A stretch of DNA of 64,000 nt, from the NCBI GenBank assembly GCA_963777045.1, contig CAVZPD010000022.1, positions 79,591 to 143,590 of the forward strand, read 5' to 3'. The notes beneath the pieces are model-generated. The model had not been told where the DNA came from, did not search any database, and saw nothing but the letters and a program-made list of their open reading frames with translations. The position numbers and the translations under genes were made by a program. The stretch comes from an uncultured Chloroflexia bacterium. GTDB taxonomy: Bacteria; Chloroflexota; Limnocylindria; QHBO01. Numbering within the stretch: the first letter of the stretch is position 1; each line of letters opens with the position of its first letter. Shown in pieces: positions 28,055-37,645 of the stretch.

Positions 28055-29254
28055 ATGCAGCGACCTACCGTTATCCTGGCGCTGGCCGATGACCCCGGCG
28101 CTCACCGTCACGCGCTCACAGCGGCCGGCTTCGACGTCCTCGACGAACTGCCCGAGGATCGCACCCTGGTCGATCTCGCCGTGCTCGATTGCGACCTTCC
28201 GGCCACCGAAGCGGAGGCGCTCTTCGCGCAGCTGCACGACGGCACCGCCATTCCCACGCTGCTCCTGTTCGGCGAGTCGATCCCCGAATTCGCGACGTCG
28301 CACAGCCACCCCAAGGACGAGTTTGCGGTCAAGCCGGTCGCCGGCGAGAGCCTCGTCTACCGCGTCCAGGCGCTGTTGATCCGAGGCGGCAAGCACATGC
28401 CCGGGGAGGCCGGAGCCTGGACGAGCCCGAGCGAGTCCGATGGGTCGCCCATCGGGGAGGGGCATGTCGTTTCCGTCTTCGCGCCGAAGGGCGGGGTCGG
28501 CAAGACCACCGTTGCGGTGAACGTCGCGGTCGCCCTCCGCGACCAGACCCGCTCGAGCGTCCTGCTCTTCGATGCGGATGTCGGCGTGGGTAACGTCACA
28601 TCGGTGCTTGCGGCCCCCTATCGCATGGGCCTGGCCGACCTGGCCGATTCGTCGCCCGACGAGTGGACGGACGCGGCCTTCGAACATGCGACGGCCGAGC
28701 ATGCAGAGAGCGGCGTCCGCGTCCTGACCTGGGGGACCGATCCCGGCGAGTCCGAGCGGGTCACGGTGGACCTCCTCCTGGCGGCGCTCCGCTGGGCTCG
28801 AACCCACCACTCCTACGTGGTGATTGACAACCATCCCGGCTACGACGATCGCACGATGGCCATGCTGACGGTGTCAAACGAGATCTTCCTGGTGGTCACG
28901 CCCGAGGTCGGCCCGCTCCGCAACAGCGCCCAGTTCCTCGATCTCGCGCGCGAAGTCGGCCTCGGGGACTCGGTGAAGGTGGTCGTCAATCGCGCCAACC
29001 ACGGCGTGCGCCTGGCGGACATCGAGCAGGCGCTCAAGCTGCCCGTGAGCGCCACGATCGTGTCGAATGGCCCCAAGGCCGTGATCGCCGCGAACGAGGG
29101 GTCGCCCATCGTGCGGCGCTTCCCGAAGGAGCGGATGGCCACGGATCTTCACGGCGTGGCCCGGCTGGTCACGAACCGTGCGAGCGAAACCGCGCCGGAG
29201 CCGGCGCGACGCTCCTGGATCTCGGCGCTCGTTTCCCGGGCTTCGAGCGCCTGA
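28055..29254 (+). CDS. CpaE/TadZ-like protein: N-terminal receiver-like domain + ParA/MinD-family ATPase
   Basis: A REC-like N-terminus (VILALADDP...LAVLDCDLP) is followed by the deviant Walker A VSVFAPKGGVGKTTVAVNVAVAL and ParA-fold motifs (LLFDADVG, VVIDNHPG). Confidence 0.75.
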   Translation: MQRPTVILALADDPGAHRHALTAAGFDVLDELPEDRTLVDLAVLDCDLPATEAEALFAQLHDGTAIPTLLLFGESIPEFATSHSHPKDEFAVKPVAGESLVYRVQALLIRGGKHMPGEAGAWTSPSESDGSPIGEGHVVSVFAPKGGVGKTTVAVNVAVALRDQTRSSVLLFDADVGVGNVTSVLAAPYRMGLADLADSSPDEWTDAAFEHATAEHAESGVRVLTWGTDPGESERVTVDLLLAALRWARTHHSYVVIDNHPGYDDRTMAMLTVSNEIFLVVTPEVGPLRNSAQFLDLAREVGLGDSVKVVVNRANHGVRLADIEQALKLPVSATIVSNGPKAVIAANEGSPIVRRFPKERMATDLHGVARLVTNRASETAPEPARRSWISALVSRASSA

Positions 29255-29384
29255 CCTGCCGTCCCGGCGGCGTTGCGTGGCGGGCAGCGGCCTGCGATGA
29301 TGCGGCCCGCGGCCCGACTGCCGGCTGATCGTCTCGTCGACGGTCGCTGAAGCGTCGGCAGGGGCTGCTCCCACCGGACGGACC

Positions 29385-29732
29385 GTGCCGACCTACGACT
29401 ACCAGTGCCGCAGCTGCGGCCACACCATCGAGGTGATCCACCCCATGAGGGAGGATGGCCCGAAGACCTGCGAGGTCTGTGGTGGTGATCTGCGCCGTGT
29501 CCTCCACCCGGCCGGGATCATCTTCCGCGGCAGCGGTTTCTACAAGACCGACTCGCGTTCGTCCAGCTCGGCGTCGGTTTCATCCGCATCGTCCAAGCCG
29601 GCAGCCAAGGCCAGCGATGCGGGAGCGACCGGCACCACCGACCGCGGCTCCTCCGGCAAGCCCACAGACAGCGGATCTTCCAGCACGCCACCCAGCGGCT
29701 CGGGCACCGGGGGAGCATCCTCCGCAGACTGA
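29385..29732 (+). CDS. FmdB-family zinc-ribbon protein (CxxC-x17-CxxC) with Ser/Gly-rich tail
   Basis: N-terminal MPTYDYQCRSCGHTIEV...CEVCGG, then an FRGSGFYKTDSR motif characteristic of the FmdB family. Confidence 0.75.
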   Translation: MPTYDYQCRSCGHTIEVIHPMREDGPKTCEVCGGDLRRVLHPAGIIFRGSGFYKTDSRSSSSASVSSASSKPAAKASDAGATGTTDRGSSGKPTDSGSSSTPPSGSGTGGASSAD

Positions 29733-29754
29733 CGCCGGCCCCCCGGACCGGGGG

Positions 29755-31104
29755 CTAGGCGGACTTCGCCTGGCGGGTGCCGCAGCGGCGGCAGAAGCGC
29801 GCCGACGCCGAGAGCGACAGGCCGCAGTGGCCACAGGACTGCACCCCGACCACCGTCATCACACCTGCCACTTCGCGCGCAGAGGCCTCCCAGAACGTCC
29901 CCGCGCCCGCCGCTCCTCCGGCCGCATCGGCCCGCGCCGCCATCTCGGCAGGATGGACGGATGCACCGCTCGAGCGGTAGGGCAGAACGTTGTCACGTGA
30001 CCCGGCGACGGGCCCCTCTCCGGGATCGCCGAGCCCGAGCAGGTCGAGCTGTGCGCGGCGCGCGGCGAGCGCCGGGTCGTCCGCTTCGGCCGCCTGCGGT
30101 TGCTCTTCCGCGGGCGCAGGAGCGGCGAGCGGGATCCGCAGGAACGTCTCGCTGATCGGAGCGATGGGGCGGATCGCCGGCGGCTCAGGTGGCACCTCGG
30201 CCACCGGCTCGGGGATCGGCTCGGGCTCGGGCTCGAATGCCACCTCGGCCACCGGCTCGGGCTCGGGCTCGAATGCCACCTCGGCCACTACCTCGGCCAC
30301 CGGCTCGGGGACCGGCTCGGGAATCGGCTCGGGCTCCAGGGAGAAGGCCGCGTCGTCCTCCCAGCGGGTAGCGGTGTCGCCCTCGAGTGCAGGCAGCATG
30401 GGGGCGACCTCGTCGGCGGCGGCAGGCGCCTGGCCCCACAGGTCGGCTTCGGCGATCGACTCGAGCCCAGCCGAAGCATCGGCGGCGGAGGCCGCCGCGG
30501 CCGGCTCCGGCGCGACCACGGGCTCGGGCACGACCATGGGCTCCGGTGCGACCAGCGCATCGGGTTCGACTTCGGCTTGGCTCTCGACCCTCTCGGGCTC
30601 ACCCGTCAGGGCCTCCGACGGCCAGTCGACGGCAGCATGGCCATTGGTCGCCGCTGCAGCGCCGAGGTCTTCGGTCGGCCAGGCGTCCACGCCCAGGCGG
30701 CGGTTCAGGTCGTCGGAGCCCAACTCAGGCTCTGGCGCGGGATGCTGAGCGTGGAACGAGGCTTCGAAGCGCTCGATCAGGTCGTCGGTTCCGGCGATGG
30801 GGACGCACGTGCGGCAGCGGCCTTCCGGCTCGTTCCAGCAGTTCGTGCACGCGTACTGGCGGCACTGGATGCAGAAGTTGAACGACTGGTGGAAGGCGTC
30901 CAGCTGGGCCGCCGCAAGCGCCTCCTCCTCCGTGCGCATCGCGTCGCCGACGGCATCACCCAGCGCGTCCTGGCTCATGATGTAGTTGCGGAGGCCGGAG
31001 ATCAGCCCGCGCGTCTTGCGCAGGGGATTCAGACGCGTCGGGGCGGCGAACTCGTATCGAGTGCCGCACCGTTCGCAGAATGACTCTGTCAGCGCATCGA
31101 GCAT
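29755..31104 (-). CDS. hypothetical acidic protein with N- and C-terminal zinc ribbons and central (E/P/V/A) repeats
   Basis: The N-terminus reads CERCGTRY...CIQCRQYACTNCWNEPEGRCRTC and the C-terminus reads CGHCG...CRRCG. The middle is (EPEPVAEVAFEP)n-type low complexity. Convergent with fmdB. Confidence 0.5.
   Translation of the reverse strand: MLDALTESFCERCGTRYEFAAPTRLNPLRKTRGLISGLRNYIMSQDALGDAVGDAMRTEEEALAAAQLDAFHQSFNFCIQCRQYACTNCWNEPEGRCRTCVPIAGTDDLIERFEASFHAQHPAPEPELGSDDLNRRLGVDAWPTEDLGAAAATNGHAAVDWPSEALTGEPERVESQAEVEPDALVAPEPMVVPEPVVAPEPAAAASAADASAGLESIAEADLWGQAPAAADEVAPMLPALEGDTATRWEDDAAFSLEPEPIPEPVPEPVAEVVAEVAFEPEPEPVAEVAFEPEPEPIPEPVAEVPPEPPAIRPIAPISETFLRIPLAAPAPAEEQPQAAEADDPALAARRAQLDLLGLGDPGEGPVAGSRDNVLPYRSSGASVHPAEMAARADAAGGAAGAGTFWEASAREVAGVMTVVGVQSCGHCGLSLSASARFCRRCGTRQAKSA
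30180..30320 (-). repeat. imperfect ~36-bp coding tandem repeats (EPEPxPEPVAEV units)
   Basis: ggctcgggctcgggctcgaatgccacctcggccac is duplicated with variants at 30225-30300. Confidence 0.7.
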
Positions 31105-31268
31105 GAAAGCAACCAGGTTCCCGTTCGGGCAGCGTTTTTCAGGGAGCGACAGTATAACGACGAGTCCCGGTCGCTCCCAAAAGCGCTTTGGTACTCCCCC
31201 CTGCGGCGCAGGTACCGCATCCTGGGTGCGCAGCGACCACGCTCAGATCCCGTGCTAGCATCGGCCGG

Positions 31269-32027
31269 ATGGGGATTCTCGCCCGGCTGGAAGCCTTCCT
31301 CGAACGCCTCTTCCAGGCACCGGCAGGCAGGCTGGGAGCCTCGCTGCAGCCGGTGTCGCTGGCGAAGCGCATCGAGCGCGCGATGGACACCAACAAGTCC
31401 TTCCGCGAGAGCGGCGTCATCGTGCCGAACCACTACGACCTGCACCTGCACCCCCGCGACTTCGCAACGTTCGACTCCTACCGTGGATCTCTGGAGGACG
31501 ACCTGTCGCACGGCGTGCTGACCCGTGCCCGCCATGAGCGGTACACCCTGGTGGCGCGACCGCGCGTTCGAATCACCGCCGATCCATCGGTCCATCGCGG
31601 GGACGTCCGCGTGGCGGCCAACGTCGTCGACGAGGAGGGCGGCGACCTGCAGGCACAGCAGCCCATCCCGGCGTCGCCCGACACCGTCATCTTCTCGCGG
31701 CCCCGGATCGAGACAGCCCCGCCCCAATCGGCGCAGCGCGCCTACCTGCTGGTCGAGACCGATGGGGCGCCGCCGGTCCAGTTCGACCTCGGGGCGCCGC
31801 TCATCAGCATCGGTCGCGCGAGCGACAACGACGTCATCGTCGACGACCCGCTGGTCAGCCGGCACCACTGCCAGCTGAAGCTGCAGCACGGCGCCTACGG
31901 CCTGGCCGACCTCGGCAGCCGCAACGGGTCATTCGTGAATGGCCAGCCGGTGAGCGAGATCGCGCTGGGACCGGGAGATCGGATCCGCATCGGCGCCACG
32001 CAGATCGAGTTCCAGGTGCGCGCTTGA
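31269..32027 (+). CDS. fhaA: FhaA-like protein (DUF3662 N-terminal domain + C-terminal FHA domain)
   Basis: M28 of the track ORF (MGILARLEAFLERLFQ...). The DUF3662 region (VIVPNHYDLHLHPRDF) and the FHA domain (ISIGRASDNDVIVDDPLVSRHHCQL...GSRNGSFVNG) are both present. Confidence 0.8.
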   Translation: MGILARLEAFLERLFQAPAGRLGASLQPVSLAKRIERAMDTNKSFRESGVIVPNHYDLHLHPRDFATFDSYRGSLEDDLSHGVLTRARHERYTLVARPRVRITADPSVHRGDVRVAANVVDEEGGDLQAQQPIPASPDTVIFSRPRIETAPPQSAQRAYLLVETDGAPPVQFDLGAPLISIGRASDNDVIVDDPLVSRHHCQLKLQHGAYGLADLGSRNGSFVNGQPVSEIALGPGDRIRIGATQIEFQVRA

Positions 32028-32467
32028 CCGGCGAGATCCTGCGCATCCTGCTGCTGGTCCTGCAGCTGGGCTTCCTCGCCCTGCTCTACCTGATCCTGCT
32101 CGGCTTCGCTCGCTCCCTCCTGCGCGACCTGCGTTCGGCCGAGCGGACGCAGCTCGCCAACGAGGCGGGGCTCGGCAGGCTCACCGTCCTGGAGTCCCCG
32201 GAGGACCAGCCGCCGGTGGGTCGCAGCATCTCGTTGGGTCCGATCAACTCGATCGGACGGAACGTGAACAACACGATCTTCGTGGAGGACGACTTCGTCA
32301 GCGCCAACCACGCCATGCTCACCTTCCGCGGGCGAAGCTGGTTCGTCGAGGACCAGGGCAGCACCAACGGGACGTACGTCAACGGCCATCGGATCGACCG
32401 CCCGGTGGCGCTCTCCTACGGAGACGAGCTGACCATTGGCCGGGTGAGGATGCGAATTGAGCGCTAG
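32024..32467 (+). CDS. fhaB: FhaB/FipA-like membrane-anchored FHA-domain protein
   Basis: TTG start overlapping the fhaA stop (TTGA). An N-terminal TM helix and a C-terminal FHA domain (SIGRNVNNTIFVEDDFVSANHAMLTF...GSTNGTYVNG) are present. Confidence 0.75.
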   Translation: MTGEILRILLLVLQLGFLALLYLILLGFARSLLRDLRSAERTQLANEAGLGRLTVLESPEDQPPVGRSISLGPINSIGRNVNNTIFVEDDFVSANHAMLTFRGRSWFVEDQGSTNGTYVNGHRIDRPVALSYGDELTIGRVRMRIER

Positions 32468-33797
32468 GCCCCGTGCGCCGCGCGTAGCCTGGCGGGGAAC
32501 GGAGCTGCGGCTGCTGCTCCCGCTGCTGCTGCTGGTGCCGCTCGGCTTCGTGGTCACCCACATCGCAGCGTTCGGCCTGGCGGAGCCGGGACCGCTCGAG
32601 CTGGCACTCGGCTACGTGGCGCTGATGCTGGCGGCGCACGTCGTCCTCATGCTGGCCGGGTACCGTGGCGACCAGCTGATCCTGCCGCTGACGGCGACCA
32701 TCGGCGGCATCGGCCTCATCATGCTCAACCGGCTGGCGCCCGACCTCGCCGACACTCGCGCCTTCGGACTGGACCTGGACGTCGCCCAGACGCAGTTCCT
32801 GTGGTTCGTCATGGGGGTGGCGGCGATGCTGGCGGCGGCGCTCCTCCTGCGCGAGGACCGATGGCTGCGGCACTACAAGTACACGTGGGCGCTGGCAGGC
32901 ATCGCCCTCCTGGTCTTCACCTTCCTCTTCGGCACCGAGGTCAATGGAGCCCGCCTCTGGATCTACCTGGGTCCGATCGGCTTCCAGCCGGGGGAGTTCA
33001 TCAAGATCGTGCTGGTGGTCTTCATCGCCGGCTACCTGGCCGAGAACCGGGCGCTCCTGCGCGACGCTGTCTTCCGGATCGGACCGATCCGGGTGCCGCC
33101 CCTTCCCTACCTGCTGCCGATGCTCGCCATCTTCGTGATCGTGATGCTGGTCGTGGTCTTCGGCAAGGACCTCGGCACTGCCCTGCTCTTCTTCGGCATC
33201 TTCCTGACGATGCTCTTCGTGGCCACCGGGCGGCGCAGCTACGTGCTGATCGGGCTGATCCTGTTCGTCGCCGGATCGGTGGTTGCGTACCAGCTCTTCG
33301 GCCACGTCGCGCGGCGGGTCGACGTCTGGCTCGATCCGTGGGCCGATCCATCCGGGGCGGGGTTCCAGGTCATCCGCGCGCTCTACGCCTTCGGTCGCGG
33401 CGGCCTCTTCGGTGAGGGATTGGGGCAGGGCCTGCCGACGTCGATCCCGTACGTCAGCACCGACTTCATGTTCGCCGCCGTTGCCGAGGAGCTGGGGCTG
33501 GTCGGCGCCTTCGCCCTGCTGGCGCTGACCCTCGCGCTCGTCTTCCGCGGCCTGCGCATCGCCATGCTCGCGCGCGACGACTTCAGCGCCATGCTGGCGG
33601 TCGGGCTGACGGTCTCGGTCGGCCTGCAGACGCTCATCATCGTCAGCGGCAACCTGAAGCTGATCCCCCTCACCGGCATCACCTTCCCATTCGTGAGCTA
33701 CGGCGGATCCAGCCTGCTGGCCAGCTTCCTGGTGGTGGGGATGCTGCTTTCGATCAGCCACCGGTCCGCCGTCGGTGCCGGGGAGGGGCCGCCGTGA
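32457..33797 (+). CDS. rodA: SEDS-family peptidoglycan glycosyltransferase (RodA/FtsW)
   Basis: ~10 TM segments and a conserved C-terminal SEDS block (PYVSTDFMFAAVAEELGLVGAF...PLTGITFPFVSYGGSS). TTG start overlaps the fhaB stop. Confidence 0.85.
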   Translation: MSARPRAPRVAWRGTELRLLLPLLLLVPLGFVVTHIAAFGLAEPGPLELALGYVALMLAAHVVLMLAGYRGDQLILPLTATIGGIGLIMLNRLAPDLADTRAFGLDLDVAQTQFLWFVMGVAAMLAAALLLREDRWLRHYKYTWALAGIALLVFTFLFGTEVNGARLWIYLGPIGFQPGEFIKIVLVVFIAGYLAENRALLRDAVFRIGPIRVPPLPYLLPMLAIFVIVMLVVVFGKDLGTALLFFGIFLTMLFVATGRRSYVLIGLILFVAGSVVAYQLFGHVARRVDVWLDPWADPSGAGFQVIRALYAFGRGGLFGEGLGQGLPTSIPYVSTDFMFAAVAEELGLVGAFALLALTLALVFRGLRIAMLARDDFSAMLAVGLTVSVGLQTLIIVSGNLKLIPLTGITFPFVSYGGSSLLASFLVVGMLLSISHRSAVGAGEGPP

Positions 33798-35341
33798 TCG
33801 GGACGAACGTCCGACGCCTGGCCGTCTACCTCGTCCTCTCCTTCGCCATCGTCTCCGCCGGGCTCTCATGGTGGCAGGTGGTCGACGCGCCCCAGCTCGC
33901 CAACCAGCCGGAGAATCCGCAGGTCATCGCCGCGCGGCGCAGCGCCCTGCGTGGTTCCATCTTCGACGCCCAGGGTCAGCTGCTCGCGTCGAGCCGGGTC
34001 GTCGACGGCATCAGTCGTCGGACCTACACCGATCCGGCCTTCAGCCACGTCATCGGCTACGCCAGCCTCCGCTACGGCACGACGGGCGTGGAGCGAGAGT
34101 GGGACGATCTGCTCACCGGCAGGACCGATCCGAACCCGCTCAAAGACCTCGTGGACGAGATCCTCGACCGTCCGACCCCGCCCCGGGACCTGACCCTCAC
34201 CATCAACAAGCAGCTGCAGGACTTCGCGGCCGCGCAGCTCGGGTCGGATCCGGGAGCGGTCGTCGCGATCGATCCCGCCACGGGGGCGGTGCTGGCGATG
34301 GTTTCGACGCCCACCTTCGACCCGACGCCCATCTCCGGTGATCCCGCCACCGCCGGCGAGGCCATGGCCGCCATCACCGCGCAGCCCAACAACCCGCTCG
34401 TCTCTCGGGCCCGACAGGGCCAGTACACGCCGGGTTCGATCATGAAGGTCCTGACCGCGGCCGCCGCGCTGGACGCGAACGCGATCACGCCCGACACCAC
34501 CTTCCCCGATCAGCCGCAGCAGGAGCGCGACGGCTTCGTGGTGGAGGGCTTCCGAGTGGTGGAGCACGACCTCGGCAACGTGCAGCCCGGTCTCTGGCCG
34601 CTCTCCCCGGCGCTCCAGGTATCGAGCAACATCTTCTTCGCCCACGTGGGTCTGGAGCTGGGGCCGGAAGCGTACCTGGACTACGCACGGCGCTTCGGCT
34701 TCTGCGATCCGCTCCTGGTGGGGACCCGGTCGCGCGGCCTGCAGGTATCCGCCTCGTACGCCACCACCGAGGTCAACGGCGACTGCGCGCCGTTCCAGGA
34801 CCGTGCCGAGCTTGCCCAGGCGGCCTTCGGGCAGGGCAGGGTCGAGGTGACGCCGGTGCAGATGGCCCTGGTTGCGGCCACCGTTGCCAACGGCGGCGTC
34901 ATGCCGCAGCCCTTCGTCGTACGCGACGTGCGGCTGCACGCAGATGATCCCGCCGCCGGGCCGGCCGATGCGGTCCTCGACACCTACGGTGCCGGCGGTG
35001 GACGGCAGGTGGTCGGCGGAGAGGCAGCACGCGCCGTCCGCAGCGCCATGATCGATGCGGTCCAGGGCGAGCTCGGGCGGCTCTACGCGGGCGGCGCCGC
35101 GGTGAGCAACTTCGGCATGAGCGGCGTCGACACCGCCGGCAAGACGGGCACCGCCGAGCTGGGGCAAGGCGTGGCGCCGCATTCCTGGTTCATCGGCTTC
35201 GCGCCAGCCCAGGAGGCTGCATCGCCCTCAATCGCCGTCGCCGTCATCGTCGAGAGCGGCGGCAGCGGCTCAGGACGGGCCGCCCCGATCGGCGGTGCGG
35301 TCATGGCCGAGTGGCTCAAGCTCAGCGGCGCAGGGAGCTGA
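33794..35341 (+). CDS. pbpA: class B penicillin-binding protein (PbpA/PBP2-like transpeptidase)
   Basis: The SxxK motif falls in PGSIMKVLTAAAAL. A conserved block near the C-terminus reads GKTGTAE. GTG start overlaps the rodA stop (GTGA). Confidence 0.85.
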   Translation: MIGTNVRRLAVYLVLSFAIVSAGLSWWQVVDAPQLANQPENPQVIAARRSALRGSIFDAQGQLLASSRVVDGISRRTYTDPAFSHVIGYASLRYGTTGVEREWDDLLTGRTDPNPLKDLVDEILDRPTPPRDLTLTINKQLQDFAAAQLGSDPGAVVAIDPATGAVLAMVSTPTFDPTPISGDPATAGEAMAAITAQPNNPLVSRARQGQYTPGSIMKVLTAAAALDANAITPDTTFPDQPQQERDGFVVEGFRVVEHDLGNVQPGLWPLSPALQVSSNIFFAHVGLELGPEAYLDYARRFGFCDPLLVGTRSRGLQVSASYATTEVNGDCAPFQDRAELAQAAFGQGRVEVTPVQMALVAATVANGGVMPQPFVVRDVRLHADDPAAGPADAVLDTYGAGGGRQVVGGEAARAVRSAMIDAVQGELGRLYAGGAAVSNFGMSGVDTAGKTGTAELGQGVAPHSWFIGFAPAQEAASPSIAVAVIVESGGSGSGRAAPIGGAVMAEWLKLSGAGS

Positions 35342-35430
35342 TCCGGGCGCAGATGAACCGTTTCGTAACCGCCTGGGGTATTGTGATCAAGCAGTGAGGT
35401 CGTCGGGCGCTCGCCCGGCCGGACATTGGG

Positions 35431-36402
35431 GTGCACATGGTCAAGAACGTCCAGGAACCGGCGGAGCGAGTCATCGCCAACGTCGAGCGCGTAATCGTCG
35501 GCAAGCATGCCGAGGTCCGGATGGCGCTCGTCGCGCTGCTGTGCGAGGGCCACATCCTGATCGAGGACGTCCCCGGCGTCGGCAAGACGATGCTGGCGAA
35601 GGCTCTCTCCAAGAGCATCGGCTGCAGCTTCAGGCGCATCCAGTTCACGCCGGACCTGCTGCCGTCCGACGTCACCGGCCTCTCGATCTTCAACCAGAAG
35701 ACCCAGGAGTTCGAGTTCCGTCCCGGGCCGATCCATGCGCAGGTCGTCCTCGCCGACGAGATCAATCGCGCCACCCCGAAGACCCAGAGCTCCCTGCTCG
35801 AGTGCATGGAGGAGCGACAGGCGACCATCGATGGCACGACCTATGCCATGCCGCAGCCTTTCCTCGTCATCGCCACCCAGAATCCGATCGAGTACGAAGG
35901 CACCTTCGCGCTGCCGGAGGCGCAGCTCGACCGCTTCATGCTCCGCCTGCGGCTGGGCTATCCCAAGGCGACCGAGGAGATCGTCATCCTCGACGAGCAG
36001 AAGCGGATGCACCCGATCAGCGACATCCGCCAGGTGCTCTCACTGGAGGAGCTGCGCCAGATGCAGTCGGCGATCAAGGAGATCTACGTCGACCAGGCCG
36101 TGGCCGAGTACATCGTGCGGCTCTCGACCGCCACCCGCGAGCATCCCGACGTGTACCTGGGCGCCTCCCCGCGCGGTTCCATCAACCTGTATCGGTCAAC
36201 GCAGGCCCTCGCGGCACTCGAGGGACGCGACTACGTGATCCCCGACGACGTGAAGCAGCTGGCCGTCGCGATCCTGGCGCACCGACTCATCGTCAAGAGC
36301 CAGGCATCGCTGCGCGAGGTCGATCCCGATGGCATCGTGCGGGAGATCCTCAGCCAGGTGCCGATCGGCGAGCCGGCCAACACCACCGCCGGACCGCGCT
36401 AG
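35431..36402 (+). CDS. MoxR-family AAA+ ATPase
   Basis: Walker A ([19 protein letters not shown]), Walker B ([16 protein letters not shown]) and the MoxR sensor/lid region are present. Confidence 0.88.
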   Translation: MHMVKNVQEPAERVIANVERVIVGKHAEVRMALVALLCEGHILIEDVPGVGKTMLAKALSKSIGCSFRRIQFTPDLLPSDVTGLSIFNQKTQEFEFRPGPIHAQVVLADEINRATPKTQSSLLECMEERQATIDGTTYAMPQPFLVIATQNPIEYEGTFALPEAQLDRFMLRLRLGYPKATEEIVILDEQKRMHPISDIRQVLSLEELRQMQSAIKEIYVDQAVAEYIVRLSTATREHPDVYLGASPRGSINLYRSTQALAALEGRDYVIPDDVKQLAVAILAHRLIVKSQASLREVDPDGIVREILSQVPIGEPANTTAGPR

Positions 36403-36415
36403 CGGCATTCGCGTC

Positions 36416-37645
36416 ATGGGCAGCCTGGCTCGCCAGCTCCGCTTCGTGTTCCTCGGCACGGTGCTGGTCGTCGCCGCGTTCAGCACGGGGATCAATTTCC
36501 TCTTCTTCCTCGTCTACCTGCTGGGGGCGTTGCTGGTAGCGGCCTGGTTCTTCGCCCGCCGTGGGCTGCAGGGCCTGCGGGCTGGCTACCACGTGCTCAA
36601 CCCCAGGGCGCAGGTGGGAGACGTGCTGCAGGCGGTGTATCGGCTGGACAATGACACGCGGTGGGGGAAGCCGTGGGTCGAGCTCTGGAACGACTCGACG
36701 TTGCCCGCGCCGCTGCCTGGACGCGTGATCGGCGTGAAGCCCAGCGCCAGCCGCCAGTGGCTGGCGAAGGTGACGCTCCTGCGACGCGGCTCGTACCGTC
36801 TGGGGTCGTTACGCGTGCGCACCGGTGACCCGTTCGGCCTGTTCACGACCGAGATGGTGGTGGGTCAGCCGACCTGGCTGGTCGTCTTCCCCAAGATCCA
36901 TCCGCTGCCGCACTGGCGCCTGCCCCCGTCGCCGATCGACGGGACGAGATCGTCACGACAGCGATGGGAGTCGAGCAGCCCGCTGGTGCGCAGCGTTCGT
37001 CCGTACGTGCATGGCGACGCGATCAACCGGATCCACTGGCTCTCGAGCGTCCGGCACAGCGAGCTGCACGTGAAGGAGTTCGACCTGGAGCAGACCGCTG
37101 ACCTGTGGATGCTGCTCGACCTCGACGCCGCGGCGCACGGAGGCACCGGCGACGACTCTTCGGTCGAACTGGCCGTCTCAGCGGCGGCCTCGATCGCAGT
37201 CCAGACGCTCGCGGAGAACCGGGCGGTCGGGCTCACCGTTTCGTCGCGGCGCCAGCAGGTCCTGACGCCCGACCGCGGCACCCGCGTCGAGCAGAAGATC
37301 CTGCACCTGCTGGCCAACGTCCAGCCCGATGGCGCTCGTCCCGTGGCCGAGGTGCTGCTCAACACGCTCCCGCTGCTGCGCCGGGGGATGACCATCTGCA
37401 TCATCACCGCTTCCACCGACCGCGACTGGGTCCGCGCCCTGGCCTCGCTGCGCCGGCGAGGGGTCGGCACAGTCGTCGTCCTGCTCGACCGGGCGAGCTT
37501 CGAGGACGAGGTTCCTGAGGCGTGGGGCGCGGAGCTGGCTGCCCTGCACCACGCGCTGGCCGAGTACGACATCGGCTACTACCAGCTGTCCAGTGGCGAC
37601 AACCTTGGTGAGGCCCTGGGCGTCCGGGAGCGTGTCCGTGCCTGA
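36416..37645 (+). CDS. DUF58 (vWA-like) protein, MoxR partner
   Basis: M30 of the track ORF, 14 nt after the moxR stop. Two N-terminal TM helices are followed by the DUF58 core (VRPYVHGDAINRIHWLSSVRHSELHVKEFDLE). Confidence 0.8.
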   Translation: MGSLARQLRFVFLGTVLVVAAFSTGINFLFFLVYLLGALLVAAWFFARRGLQGLRAGYHVLNPRAQVGDVLQAVYRLDNDTRWGKPWVELWNDSTLPAPLPGRVIGVKPSASRQWLAKVTLLRRGSYRLGSLRVRTGDPFGLFTTEMVVGQPTWLVVFPKIHPLPHWRLPPSPIDGTRSSRQRWESSSPLVRSVRPYVHGDAINRIHWLSSVRHSELHVKEFDLEQTADLWMLLDLDAAAHGGTGDDSSVELAVSAAASIAVQTLAENRAVGLTVSSRRQQVLTPDRGTRVEQKILHLLANVQPDGARPVAEVLLNTLPLLRRGMTICIITASTDRDWVRALASLRRRGVGTVVVLLDRASFEDEVPEAWGAELAALHHALAEYDIGYYQLSSGDNLGEALGVRERVRA

